This document shows positions 36,369-50,373 of a DNA stretch of 64,000 nt, one piece after another. The position numbers were made by a program, and so were the translations under genes. Where the stretch lies: assembly GCA_017499595.2 (NCBI GenBank), contig CM039009.1, positions 2,170,001 through 2,234,000 of the forward strand, written 5' to 3'. This DNA is from Psilocybe cubensis. Its lineage: Eukaryota. Within the stretch, counting starts at the first letter, position 1; each line of letters begins with the position of its first letter. The notes under the pieces were generated by a model. That model saw only the letters and a list, made by a program, of their open reading frames with translations, made no database searches and was not told the origin of the DNA.

Positions 36369-38148
36369 TCATTGAGTTTTAGACTTGACTCTATATTCAG
36401 CAGCTGGGCGGCGAACAGCTTGTCCCTTCTTGTCGCGGTAGAAAAGGACATCGCCTGTCAACGAAAAGAATTAAACATCAATAAGAGCGCAGAACCGAAA
36501 GAGTGTCCAAAAGAATATTCGTACCCTCATTCTCGACGAATTGGCATTTGTTATAGCTCTCCCACAGGGCCTTGAATGGGTTCTTATTTGAGTACGCGTA
36601 GTGCTCTCCAATGAAAGCCTTCAAATGCTGAGTAGCCTCAGGGCCGTGGTCTAACAGAGACGTTAGTATAAGAATTATCGGCCGAACGAAAATCCAGTCT
36701 CACAGAAAGGCATCTTTGGGAAGAACTGTCAAGACGGCGGTCATGTGTAAATGTGTGTCCTTAGTGCGCTGGAAAGATTAAGACTCACATGGTGGATAAC
36801 ATGGAAATGGGCGACATCGTGGAGGAAGAAGCGACCTTGCCATCCAAGGAAGTCACGGTCGACGGTCGCGGCGGCTCCACGCTGGAAGTTCCATTCCTTG
36901 CCACGGTAGTGGGGGAGCAGTGGGTCGGTGTGGTGGAGGTAGGTGATCATAATGACTGTGTGTAAATCAGATGAGTGGATATTTCTCTGAGAAGGACTTG
37001 TGGCTATGTACACCAGTGGGAAACCAAGAGCCAAGGGATTCCGTAATACTTGATGACCTCGCCAGCACCGTAAATGGAGGAAAAGTGTACGACACCGTAG
37101 ACCATAGCCGCGATACCGATATTCGAAATGATAACCACATTGCGTTGGGCTTTAGTGAAGAGAATCGAGTTGGCTACAAGGCAAAAACAAGGTCAATGAA
37201 ACCGTCTAATCAAAGGCAAGTGATGCGCTATTTACGATCGAAATGGTTGGTCCATTTTGGGTAATTCTTTTGTCCGGAAACATTGAAAACTGAAAAGAAG
37301 CCTATTAGAGGCAATTGCAAAGCTATTCGTCGGACGGACTTACGGAGATATGCCGGGAATGCGAGCACTTGCTGGCGTATCAACATGTAAAGAGTGTAAA
37401 TGGGGGTGTCGCCAAAGATCTCGTCCCAGTCGATTTCTTCATTGGCTTTGTCGGGGATACCAAGGTCTTCACGGGTTTTGGGAACATACACTTCATCACG
37501 CTCCATGGATGCGTGATTTGAGTGATGACGATGATGCGAGATTCTCCAAGAGAAATAGGGAGTCCATAAAAAGGTGTGGGTAATCTATGGCCGTCGGCGC
37601 GAAAATTAGTTCCAATGCTGAGTGTTGATGCTGCGTAACTTACGAATCCGAGAACATCGTTGACAATTTTGTGGTCAGAGAAAGCGCCGTGTCCGCATTC
37701 GTGACCGATAACCCAGATACCGGTGAAGATGAGGCCTTGGAACCACCAACTTCAAGAAATCCCTTAGTATCGCTTGGGGAAAAGATTGTAAAGATAGCTT
37801 ACTATACGAGCCATGCTGCCCATCGAGCTACTTCAGCTCCGATAGGCGTCAAAAGCTCCTTGGTTGCGGCCTGTTGGAAATATGGGTCGATATATGTAGC
37901 GCAAGTCCAAGCTGTAGCCGCAAGTAGGACATCGCGACCGAAGTACGAAAGACCACGAGCTGTGTCCCTGACAAAGTACTCGGCGGGAATGGCGGCGCGT
38001 ATCTCTTTAAGAGACCTAGGTATTAAGGTATTAGAATTAGTTGAAATATCATTAAGAAGGATACGGATTAATGAAATTACCATGGCATAGGCGTATACTC
38101 GGGAAGAGAATCCTCTGAGTATTGCTGCGTCTTGAGATCGGAACCCAT
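36369..38148 (-). CDS. Membrane-bound delta-12-like (FAD2-family) fatty acid desaturase A
   Basis: SLKEIRAAIP, GIWVIGHECGH, WRISHHRHH, MERDEVYVP, SGQKNYPKWTNHF, ITYLHHTDP..PHYR..EWNFQRGAAATVDR, HDVAHFHVIHH. Confidence 0.95.
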
Positions 38149-39311
38149 GTTCAAACGGGATTGAAAACCTATAACTGCTCAGGGCAGATGAGAGGAGAGG
38201 CGGTGGTTCTCACTTGGCTTGCAGAGAGTAGTATTTAAGTGCTCGAGATCTGCTAAAAGCAAATGCCCCACGCAAAGGTACTAGATGGAGAAATAGACAT
38301 TTCGTGTAAGTGCGAAGAAAAGATTACACCTGCAACCATACCTGTCGAGAAATTCTTTACTCCGACGTAGGATCAAGATCGATTTGTAGATGCAAATGGG
38401 TTCTCAAAATGGATGACAGTCAGGCGAAATTAAACCAGTAGTTCCATATACACACCTTGCAGCATGATGTAAGTTAGGAACTCTGGGGAGATCGGGCATT
38501 TCGAAATACAGATATCTGCGTCGGCTATTTTTTTTTTTTTGAAAGTTATTGAATGCGTGAGCTTTTCTGGTTACAACAACAAAGAAAAAATGAATCACAC
38601 TTTAAAGAAACATGGAAGGAAATCCATTCGCTACGAAAGTCTAGAGTCCCTGAATTTCGGATAAAGCTTGTTTTGCTACGAGCGTGGCGTATGAGTAAGC
38701 CGTACATCCGTCGGTGGGTCATCCTACGCAGAAGTTTTGCTGGAAATTGGAGAAACGGTAACGGAAATTCACGGGAAGTTTGAAGGTTCCGATCATGGAT
38801 AAGACTCGAGGCGCCGCAGGCTTTGAAAGATGCATGTCAGACGTGCAGAGGGATTCGAGATGTCTTCTGAAGGACCCAAAGACTTTTGAGCAATTACTCA
38901 GGGTTATCAACACCTGGTTGTCGTGGAGGAGTACATAGATGGTGGACAGCAGCAGGTGATCGACAACTGTGAACACGGCCAAGGCCTTATGGGGTGACAC
39001 AAATATTACTCGGCTCCCAATTTAGACTGTCCGGGGTCCCTCCTACCTTTTCTGACATAACTCGTATCCCCTGTCGTCGGGTAAACGGCGTGTTCGACTT
39101 TCTAGATGAGATTCAGAAATACACATCCATCATGATCTACTTCTCAGTACACACCACTGCCTTTCCCTAATCAGATACAAGCCTGTCACAGCGCATCAAC
39201 CTAGAGGTTCAAATAGTTACATGAATGATGGTCGGCCGAGTTTACTCACCCCAATTTTCTCCTCTCGCTGCATAGTCCCAACTGTGTCGCAAGTGTGAGT
39301 ACGCATCCAAC

Positions 39312-40951
39312 ATGTTCTCTATCTTCAAGGACGGCCCGGAATACATCAAGCGAACTCAGACTCCATTCAAGCCAACTCAGGTATGCTAAGCTAACCGACG
39401 ATGATAGACTCTCCTGGCGTTAACAAACTTTTTTATAGGTGACTTTAGCCGAAGTGCATTCAGTCGTTCCAAAGCACCTCCACGAAAAGAACACCTTCAA
39501 GGCTCTGTGCTATGTTGCTCGAGACATTACTTGTGCAGTTATCGTGTACAAGCTTGGATGGATGATTGATTCCTTTGCGAGTTCACTTGTCACCAACTAC
39601 AATGTTCCACCACTGGCTGGTAGCGCTGTTAAATGGTCTCTGTGGGCACTTTACTGGCATTGGCAAGGCGTCATTCTAGCAGGATGGTGGTGTATGGCTC
39701 ATGAGGCAGGACATGGAAGTCTCTCGTCCTATTCTTGGATAAATCATTTCATCGGTTACACCATGCACACGGTGAGCCATTCATTCTCTGTGACAACCAA
39801 AGCCATTTCTTGAGCTGATTTAATCTCTAGTTCATTCTGGTTCCCTATTATGCCTGGAGGTCGACTCATCACGCTCACCACAAGGCCACAATGTCTATCG
39901 AACGCGATGAGAACTTTGTTCCTCGCACTCGCTCTGATTATGGTCTTCCCCCAGAGTCAACTGCGCGCATGTCGGATTATCACGAGATCTTCGAGGAAAC
40001 CCCAATCTACACTCTTGGTCGAATGATTTTTATGCAACTTCTTGGCTGGCAATACTACCTGTTAACCAATGTCATGGGATCTCCTATGTACCCACCCGGC
40101 ACGAATGTAAGTGCGAAATTCACTTCAGGGTCTAATTTACTCAAGATACAATAGCACTTCCAACCGTCTTCGCCACTTTTCAAACCCCACGAACGAAATG
40201 GAATCATTGCCTCGAACATTGGTCTATCGGTCATGTCGACAATTCTTTACCTATGGACAAAAGAAGTAGGCTTGGGCAACTTCCTGAAGTTGTACTTTGT
40301 TCCTTATCTGGTACGTCTCTTGCCCGCGTATTCTCTGCAGAGATAACTGAAAAACCATGATCAGCTCGCCAATCACTGGATCGTCATGTTGACGTATCTC
40401 CATCACTCGGACCCTACTATTGCTCACTACCGAAACAAGCAATGGTCCTTCCTTCGTGGGGCAGTTTCTACTGTCGATCGCCCTCTCCTTGGATGGGCCG
40501 GCCGCTTCTTCCTCCACAACGTGTCTCACGATCACGTACGGCTACGATTAGAATCTTCGCAACTTCACCTGACTAACTTATTGTGCAGGTCGCTCACCAT
40601 CTATTTTCTTCCATTCCATTCTGTAAGTTGTCGAAATTCTATATTGCGGCAACGTTTAAATGAGTGCCCTGGTTTTAGATAATCAGCCATACGTAACAGA
40701 GGCGATCAAGAAGGTTCTCAAAGACGATCACAATTATGACTCAACCGTACGCCTGAGCTTCTCTTTCCTTCGAAGTTAATTTCTAACCCTCGTTTCACCA
40801 GAACACTTTCCGCGCACTCTATCGTACTTTTACCCAGTGCTGCTTTATCGAAGACGACGGAGACATCGTATTCTACAAGAATAAACATGGACAGGTCGCT
40901 CGCGTTCTTGCTCCCGAAGCGTTGAAGAACCCGACCAAGAAAGATCTTTAG
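39312..40951 (+). CDS. Divergent FAD2-family fatty acid desaturase B
   Basis: TLAEVHSVVPKHL, AGWWCMAHEAGH, WRSTHHAHH, SIERDENFVP, LTYLHHSDP..HYR..W.FLRGAVSTVDR, HNVSHDH|VAHH, FIEDDGDIVFYKN. Confidence 0.93.
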
Positions 40952-43522
40952 AGCACAGACCCCAGCAGAGGCATTTGTGCAATTGGCCGAAAATATAATC
41001 ATTGGTGCATGTAGTGGTTTCTTCAATTAGTCTCTACGTAAATAACGCTTGTTGTACATCAAAAATTAACAATTTGATAGAGTTTCACCTGACATACACT
41101 TCTTTGAACGACTTTCGACTAAGTTAAACTCTCTCTCTGCCTTGATAGTTTCGACAAAAATGTAATTTGGCAATGTACTCGGCGCCGTGTATTTCAGGTT
41201 TCTAGACCCTACTCGGGGAGGTCCAAGGTTTTTAGCCAAGGGTCAATAACGCCTACTCCCATACTAGTAATGGTCCGGTGTTAGAGCAATAGCCAAGTCT
41301 CCATCGTATTTCCGTCAATTGGTTTCCGACTTAATCACACTTTAAATATCGACGAACAATTCAAGGCAGCATAGCTGATAGCCTGATACATGTCCTTCAG
41401 AGTTAGAAGGGAGTTTCATCTTTACCTTCGACTTGACTGTCTTCAACATCATTTCTCTTTCAACATCTCATACCCCTTTTTACATTTTTAAACTCTATGT
41501 TTTCGGATTCAATTGTATGGTCATCAACATCAGTAGTTATTCCTGTGTGGTACCTCAAGAGTCAATTGAAGAAGGTATATTCAGGTGTAAACCATATGAC
41601 AATGATTGCACTGTCCAGATAATTCATGAAGTTCAATACTATCGTTTAACAGTACATGAGAATTTTTACTGATTCCAATCTTCATGCATATCAGACGACA
41701 AATTTCACATTGTTCAGCGTTCAACTCAACGGGGAATTCTTCCGAACGTTTTCCGTGGCAAGTGAAAGACCAATCTATTTTTAGAACCAAATGTGCTGGT
41801 CCGATTGTTACCCTCGACGTCGAAAAACTTGAGACTGCGAGATACTTATCGCTGATAACTTCCTGCATTGCAAACGTGACATTGAATACTTCTCTCACGC
41901 ATTCATTCCAAGTACGTGCTATATTTTTTTTACATGGTATTATAACAATCATTGCACCGAAGAGCACGCATTGCGGTCATAGTTAGTCACTGTGTGTCTC
42001 GACGACGATAGCACTCAACATTGCTCAACGTTCGAGGAGAAAAATAATTCTGAGATCCGGCAGCCAGTAGTAAGTATGTAAACTCAATAGCATAATAATG
42101 AGGGATCGACAGAAAAGTTCCCACATATGGCGTGCAGATTCGGTCTTCTTGCGGGTGGACGCTTCGAGCCCTCGCACCACATAGTTACGCGCAATGGCTG
42201 TCAATTAGAGAGCGGGAAGGGGGAAAGATACTTGCTGAGCGTATCGGTCGATCCAGAAAGGATTTATGTCCATAAAGAGTGGCGGATTCTGCTTTGGGAT
42301 ACCATTGTGAGGAAAGAGGGACCCCGAAAACCGCATTTTATTATTATATTTTATTGACCGAATACCCTTTTTGGTGAATTCAGATTGATACTGACGCTGT
42401 GGACTTGGGACGGGCCATGTTGGTGTGTTCTGTGAGGTACACGGTCGTCCACGCACGGGAAAATTTGTACAAGCTCAGTTGTTCAGTGAATTTCGGAACT
42501 GCGCCTCTGGGGTGAAGATTTGTATCACCCTGCGTTCAAGTCAACGTCGAAGATAGATAGACAGATGAACCAAAACATGAGATAACTACTACGACCACAT
42601 GCGAATTGGTCTACAAAGTTTTGGGTCCGCACCAGGCGCTGCTTCTGATAATGACGATGGTTATATTCCTCTTGAAGACGTCTGCGGTGGACATTGATGG
42701 GCTCTATCGGTGCTGGAAGTTCCACGGACGCCCGCTGGAATTCATGATTGTCGCTCGCACGTTCGACAGAGATAAAAATCATGGAAAAGTCGGAATAGAC
42801 TTGGAATATACTAGAAAACGAGCGCTGTTCATCGGGGGCGATAAAATTTTTGTTATTAATATTCTAAGGGTCGTACGCAATAATTCTGTTAACTTTTCGG
42901 TTAAAAATCATGTACCGTTAGTGGGAAGAGCCAAGATATGTGTTCTATTTTTAGACACGACGGGCTTTTAAGTAACTTTTTACTTGTAACCGTGAAGCGG
43001 TCACTCGCATGTGATAGGATATTTGACAGATCGCCAATCAATTTAAACGTTACGAGGGTTCTGTAGGGTTTTCAACAGTTTGACATATCGAATAGTAACC
43101 ATATTTCAGACAAACTTGCGGCCAGAATGATAGCTACATGCGTGCGTTACCGACGTGAGCTGGGGTACAGTCAGATAGCAATCCGTGACAGCGCCTGTTC
43201 TCACAAACTGACTTAGAATACCCCAAAATGAGCCTCATACGGCCATTGATAAGATAGAGATTCTATACGGATGTCTATCGATTCATTGCGGCCGGTACCA
43301 CTGAACTTCATGCTCAACTATCATCCACCCAGTATGTCGGAGTGAGTTTTCATGGAGAAGGAAGTCTTGAGCGGTGACAAAAAGTAAAAAATTCTTCTCA
43401 GGCCAAAAGGGTGGAAATTGATAAGATACAAATGTAAGCGAGTGGAGCTATAATACAAGTCCTTGGATTGTGTTTAATTCTCGGGTATAAAGGAATATAT
43501 AATTAGACTGGTATCGTCAACC

Positions 43523-43882
43523 TCAATTGTCGCCTTTGCCCTTGTTCTTTGTACTGGAAAATGCGTGAGAAGCTTGTTGGTGATGGAAAATTCAGAGAAA
43601 ATAAACTCACAGGGTATAATATACCGCAATAAAGGGGATCATAAAGCCAGTGCCCATGTACGCGACACATTTGGCGGCCAAAGCCTTTTTGTTTTCTGTT
43701 GAAAATGGTATCTCCTGATGCTGTGGAAAACTGTCAGTCATCTTATTCCGACGGGGAGCGAAGTTACATACCTCGGCGTGCCCATGCGCGTAGCGTCTAA
43801 AAGCAGGACCTTGTGTGGACTGCCTGAATATTGAGTGCGAGCGAACGGCTCTAGAGATAACTCGTGTTTGGAAGGGCGACAT
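43523..43882 (-). CDS. COX8: Cytochrome c oxidase subunit VIIc (yeast Cox8-like), 3 exons
   Basis: Arg-rich presequence ...RRYAHGHAE|HQEIPFSTENKKALAAKCVAYMGTGFMIPFIAVYYTL|TKNKGKGDN*, with a single TM carrying GF.IPF. Confidence 0.85.
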
Positions 43883-46250
43883 TGTATGGTGATGTTGGTA
43901 AGGTTGGCGCGAGCGGTGGATGCGACGTTTGTATGATCACTGGCTTGCGGCGGGAGCGCATTATATACTTGTCGCAGAACATCGTTTCAGACAGACTAGC
44001 TCGTATGATACTCCTAAAATTCATGCAAGAGATGCAATCCGTACTGTTTCCTGGAACGAGACTACAAAGTCATCAGATAATTTGATAACAACAGTCATCT
44101 AGCCTATGGTCTCGACGATGTCAGTCAGTTGTTCTCAGCGAGCCGCGGTCGTTCGCCGCCTTCCATAATACGTTTTTATTGACACTAAGGCTTTTTGAAG
44201 AACGACTAGGCGCGGCGTGGCGAATCAGCTGGTGTCCATTACCATCCAGCCAGAACAGGAGCTACCTAGACGCGCTGTTTGCGTGGCCGAGGCCGGCCCG
44301 GACCTTGAGCGCTAAGGGGCATCACGTGAACCTAAACGTGGGTGTAGTTATCGTAACTGGAGGAAATGTTCACAGAGTTTCGCAAGCGTAGGACATCACT
44401 CACTAAACGATGACAATAAAAAAATTGATTTTGACAAGTATTCTAGAAGGTGTGATTCAGGGAAATCGAGTGTGGCTTATCAGTATTATTTCTTGTAGAT
44501 GGGCGGAATCTTTTGACCATCATTCAGACCTCCATATTCTATTTTAAATCTAGTTATTGAGCATTTGACAATGCTATTTAGCGACATGAATTGTTCGAGA
44601 ATCTCAAGAAACACTGAGAAGCGTTGGGATAGCCACCCGACTGATGATAACTCCTTCGTTTCGAGATATCTTTGACATTGACGTGTTTTCTAATCTTATA
44701 GATCTGGCCAATATCTCAAGAAATACTCAGGGCTGCCCCAAGACTAAGGAAATTATATTTGTCTTTTGCTCTCGCCTTGGACTGCGTTTTCCCAATCTGT
44801 ACTTGGTCACGAGTAACCGTCGGAAAGTTACGTAATCAGTCATCGCACCGATATTCCGAGAACGACGTTTCCTCCTTTCGACTTCGACCCTTCATTCAAC
44901 TGTTGTCATTTTCTGTGATTTTAGCTAATGATTACATCGGCGGATAATGTACATTACGAACGGTAAATACTACCCTACGCGGACAGACAAGCGCATGAAC
45001 TGACACAGTATCTCCATCAACATGCCACAATTTCCGTCGACGCAGGTCAGGCCTCCAATGGTCGTTTATCTTGACAAGTTTGGTTTGGATTAAAAAAGAA
45101 GCTGGATGCTGTGCAAAAACTATTATCGAGAGCGGAAACCTGCCAGTTCCGCTGGTGCAATCGGTCTAACTGCTCTAAACTGCTCTTTGGACTGGCGACA
45201 TCTCTTCCAATGCCCCGGTGACCGACTACACGATGTAACAAAACACACTGCTACACCGAGTAGATGCTACTGTTCGACATTGACCTATCACGTCCTTTGC
45301 TAATTCTGCGAGGTTGACTGCGTATTTCAACGTCATACACCTCGTTGAAAGATTATCGCATGATCGTCGAAAGAGATTCTCAATGTACTCTGGAGTAATA
45401 TCTACCCCTCACCTTCGGCTTTGCATGCAAGACCTCCCCGGACTGCTCATAGTCAAATTCCTACGCCTAGTAAGAGGTAAGGGTAAGAAAAGTCCTCATT
45501 TCAGGTTTCCACGTGTTGATTTCTTCCTCACAGACTCTACCATTACGATACTCCGATGTGGAAACTTGTGTTTATTCTAACGCCCTCGCAGATTCTACCA
45601 TACAACCCCAAAACACGGATTGTCATGATCCATTTGTCTATATTCTACCATCTATCTGCCTAGGTTTATCCAACATCTTATTGTCGATTGTTACCAGTGA
45701 GTGAAAAAATGTATCTAATCAACCGCCATCAAGCATCTTCAAATTATCTGCTGACTATCGCCCTTATACTCACGTCAAATTAGCACTCTTGCTGAGATCG
45801 ACTGCAAGGACATTGATACAACAGCTGCCAACATGATAAAGGTTTAAGTCTCCCACAGCACATTCCTTTCCAGTCATTTGGTGTTGTGCCTGGAATTGTT
45901 CTGGTTACGTCGTTGATGTCCAACATTTCTCCGCTGTCTACAACGACTGAATACGTCTTCTATTTGCATATTGCGTGTGCTATGGACTCCTGGCTTCGCC
46001 ACGGAAATCTGTTCGATGTGTTTGACTTGTGTCTGACGATTCTTGGTGACTTCTGAAGTTGCGTTGAGGATTGGTTGCGGATTAGGACAGCAACTTCGGC
46101 TGTAATATTGTTCCGAATGCCGGTCGGAAACCCATTCCGCACACATGTGTAGCCTGGTCTGGTAATCTTATCGAGGCTATCGATCACTGCTTGACCTAAC
46201 TGTTCCCCAGCACTCAGAAGCGGCGTTGAAGAAAAATTTAAAACCACTCC

Positions 46251-46946
46251 ATGTCTTCTATTATTCAACTTCCTCCCTCCGCACGCCCTGCAGATTCCGT
46301 TCCATTGAAATATGGGATCATCGTACACAGTGGTTTCCAAGCGCTCGACGTCTTCGGCCCTTTGGATGCGTTGAACGCGCTATCACTTTGTTACCCTCTG
46401 CAACTCTTTATAATTGCCGAAACACTGGATCCGGTCTCGACAAAGCCACCAGGATCCCTTGGTAATCCGACTTCCAATTTTGCGCAATCTATCGTCCCTA
46501 CGCATACCTTCGACACTGTTCCGGCACTCGATGTCCTGATTGTGCCAGGAGGAGTTGGCAATAGAATACCTGAAGTCGTTGCACGGGCCATAGAATACAT
46601 CGCGGATGTATACCCATCTCTTCAATTTTTGTTGACGGTGTGTACTGGATCCAGGTTGGTGGCGGAGGCTGGGGTATTAGATGGGCGAAAGGCAACGACC
46701 AATAAAGCAGCCTGGGCGCGCACTATTGCTTATAGACCCCAGGTCAATTGGGTGCCACACGCTCGGTGGGTCGTGGACGGAAACATTTGGACAGCATCCG
46801 GCGTCAGTGCAGGCATCGATCTAATCTTCGCATACATCGGTGAAGTCTACGGAGAAGAGGTGGCTACTTTATTATCAAATTTCATGGAATATGAGAGACA
46901 TCAAGACTCGACTTGGGATCCGTATGCAGAACTGTATTCATTGTAG
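46251..46946 (+). CDS. DJ-1/PfpI (class I glutamine amidotransferase-like) protein, intronless
   Basis: GFQALDVFGPLD, LDVLIVPGG.G, TVCTGS (nucleophile Cys), AGVLDGRKATTNK.AW, ARWVVDGNIWTASGVSAGID. Confidence 0.95.
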   Translation: MSSIIQLPPSARPADSVPLKYGIIVHSGFQALDVFGPLDALNALSLCYPLQLFIIAETLDPVSTKPPGSLGNPTSNFAQSIVPTHTFDTVPALDVLIVPGGVGNRIPEVVARAIEYIADVYPSLQFLLTVCTGSRLVAEAGVLDGRKATTNKAAWARTIAYRPQVNWVPHARWVVDGNIWTASGVSAGIDLIFAYIGEVYGEEVATLLSNFMEYERHQDSTWDPYAELYSL

Positions 46947-48803
46947 GGCCGTTTCAAGAACTGTGGTCAATATTTTCCCTCATCCCACTGCACGTACGCC
47001 ACCGTCAACTCGCTAGATCAATACGTGTCTGTAAACTCACGCCGTGATGTGGGTTGGTACAATCATTACGTGCGGAAATTCCCGGACACTGATGTTCCCA
47101 AGGAACACGATGGTTGTTCTTTCCTTTCCTTCAGTTTCTCAGACTCCTGAAGGCGAATTCTCAGAGTTTGACGTTGAGAACGAGCTTTCAGATCTGTAGC
47201 AATCCGTTTGTTAAATGGAAGAAAACATATGTTACGTGAAATGTTCTTTCAAGTTCACTATCTCGCTCTCTAGAAAAGACAATCGATATAGGCACGCCTT
47301 TTGTGATCTTGCGCCATCCTTATAAAATATATCCGCCTGATCCAGATATAAACATATTTTCAAATTTCATCCTCTTAAAATGGCTTCATGATATGAGCTG
47401 TTCTCCGTCTCCTTTCGTCAATCTTGCTGCCAGCATCATGTCCCTTGTCCCTGGCAAATATTGCAATACGTGACCTCTAGCCACCTTGCACTCTACTCAA
47501 GCTTTTAAGGATGGTAGTACATGCCTCTGCTATCACGGCTTGGCTAGTAAGCTATTTCTTAGACTTCAAGCTCTTTATGTATCTGCAGACGACGTTAGTC
47601 ATGCTCCGACACTTTATCCTCAGAACCCACTCTTTCTGCCGCACTCATGATCAGGTTTTTCCGGGAGGGCTGTGAGTCTCCACCCACTTGCGGTTCCAGA
47701 TCGCTCAGACCGTTGAGGGCTCCATCTCTCCAGAGTCAAGTCTGATTTCGGCGTTGGGCCCTCTTCGGCGGCGATGCTCAGTGTGAGAGTTGGCAAAGGC
47801 ACGATAGTACTCAGGAGTAAAGTTGTTTTATGTACGTGCCTCAACATCTCATACTATATCGTGGCCAGTATCTTTCGAAGATGCTGAAGTTATTGTAGTG
47901 CATCCTTCTCTACTCTCCGTCCAATAAAGTTAAGGGCGCGTTTGGGAAGTACGGAGATAACCAGATGGCGTACCACAACTGAAGTCCGAAGTTTCCCTGC
48001 TTGTTCTCAGCATTCATGTGGACGATATCTTGTGCAAATCTAAAAATCAGCAGTTAATGTACACGATGTGCAACATGCCCCTTCACGTTGCCGCAGTTGG
48101 TGAGCTCTCATACTCACGTTTTGCCCACGTTATGCTCCAACGTATCTCACCAACTCGAACATCAAAATGGTGCGGGCGAAAACGGACGTATTTTTATGAT
48201 TGACTTCCAATTTGTAAAACGTTGAATTTCAAGGTGGATCATTCCAAAGTCAACTTCTAGCCTGGAATCCGACGTTATGTTTATTTTCAAGCTCTCAAAA
48301 CGTGTATTCGTACTTCTATCTGAAGATGTGGGGCTTGTCTGGCCGAGGTTGATTTGCACGTGTCACCGGCGACCCTGAACTTCCACCTCTTGGACGAGCA
48401 CGTTGCAATGCATCACGGATTTTGCTCTTTGGACAACACCACTCCGACGAGCACTTCTTCTCATCATCAATTAATTCAACAGCAACGCTTCCTCATTGCT
48501 ACAGCGAAATAATCATCGGAATCTCTCACACATAGCGCACACGCATAGTCAATGGCGGCTTCAATGTCCTGCTGTAGAGATCAACGGCCGAATGACCTCC
48601 ATTTGATGAAGCTGCAGATGCCCCGTATTGGGGTACTACAAACATACTCTCCCACGTGCAGACAGGCGCAGATTTGCTGAAAAGGATAAAACAGAACTGT
48701 ACGATCTATTAGCATGCCCCACCATAAATTTCGCCCTGGTATCTACTAGTACCTATCCACCTACCCACATTTTATTCCCGCCAGCACACGACCAGGACTG
48801 ACA

Positions 48804-49833
48804 ATGACCGCTCCTTCGCTCTCCACCGTTCGAACGATCACTTCGTCTCTAAATGTTCTACACATTCGAGCCGACGATACCGTCTGCCCGACCTATCACA
48901 ATGCCTTCTCCGACCCAGATGCAGACGCCGTCCTTCGATCTTATCAAGGAACGCTGTATCGTGTTCACTCCTATACTCTCCGTACAACATCAGGGCTTTT
49001 TGAGACAATGTTTACTCTTCCTCAGCCCAATTCTCGGCATTCAAGCGACTGCGAAGAACCCAGCATGTCAAAAATAAACCTTCCATCTGTTCTCGACGTC
49101 TACGAGTCAGACTTTGTTCTCGAACGACTTCTCAGGCTTCTCACGGGGCTCCCCCTACCACGGTGGAACTCGATTGAAGAAATTGAGCGTGTTCTGACCG
49201 TCGCTGAAAAATGGGACACACCAGGTCCGATATCGACGATGCGATACGCGCTCAGCTCGCATCAGTTTCTCCAAAGCCACCCCCTTAAATGTTATATGCT
49301 TGCTACTCACTTTGGCTGGGACGCCGAGGCAAAACTAGCCTCCACACATACCCTGACACTCAACCTGAACGACAAAATTCACTCTTCCGTCATCGATCAA
49401 ATGACCTCGAAGGACTTGCTTCCTTTGCTCGACCTACATCGAAAGCGTCGAGATATGTTCCGAGAGCTCCTAAACAGTCCTGAGAGATTTGCAGCCGGAA
49501 ATAGGTCAGTCCCTGAGTTCTATTTATTTTCTTCCCCTGTACTTACTTCGTACCAGCTCTCCGTATCATTGCAACCGATGCGGGGTAACCGAGCTGGATA
49601 ACTACGCTTGGCGTGCGTTTAAACATGCAATGTTTCTGGAGATAGAACGGAGGCCACTGGGAGACACTCTTGGTCTTGCTTCAGGAGAGGCCGCTGAATG
49701 GCCGGAGTCATTAGCTTGTTGGCAGGCCAAGTGTCCAAAGGGAGGCTGCGGAGGATTAAATTACGACCGGATAGCCACACTAAGGCAAATCAGGCTGTGC
49801 ATATCACTTCTTCCAACGACTATCGAAACATGA
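48804..49833 (+). CDS. BTB/POZ-domain protein (intron ~49505-49556)
   Basis: FSDPDADAVLRS..GTLYRVHSYTLRTTSGLFETMFTLPQP, LERLLRLLTG, AEKWD.PGP; C-terminal C..C...C...C. Confidence 0.88.
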
Positions 49834-50373
49834 CATTTTAGAGGCGGACGCCACTGGGGGCTTTTAGACTAGAGGTCGCAATCTATAGAACAAAACTCTC
49901 AAGGACGAAGTAGAAATAGATCAATATTCATGGATTGCGCTCTGGCTGAGAACAAGCGATATTGATTTTTTTATAAATTGCTAAAGCCTAAAGTGCTCCG
50001 ATGTCGTGATTACGATAACATAGGGGTCCATAGCATATGATGACTGTCTGCTGATTGAGAACGAATTGCAATCGAGACTACTAACCTTTTGATTAAAAAA
50101 TTCACCCGATTTATCGTTATTTGCGAATGGGACGGGTATCCGACTGGTAAGAAAATTACAGCAGAAATTACAGCAGGAGCGTTGGATTCCAATTTATTCG
50201 TCGGAGGCAGGATATGTCCATGTAGACGTTGCTAATCTGGCACGAGTTGTAACCAGCCAAAGGGATATCTAGCTTGGGTTTTTAACGTGGGTCTATTCAG
50301 ATATCTATTGACACAATGGTTTGCTATACCGTCACTCCACGATTTACTAGAAATGACACTCTAGCTATATCAT

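Noticed and set aside
41430-42800. Several 80-130 aa ORFs downstream of desaturase B as extra cluster genes
   Set aside because: I found no recognisable domain or consistent exon chain.
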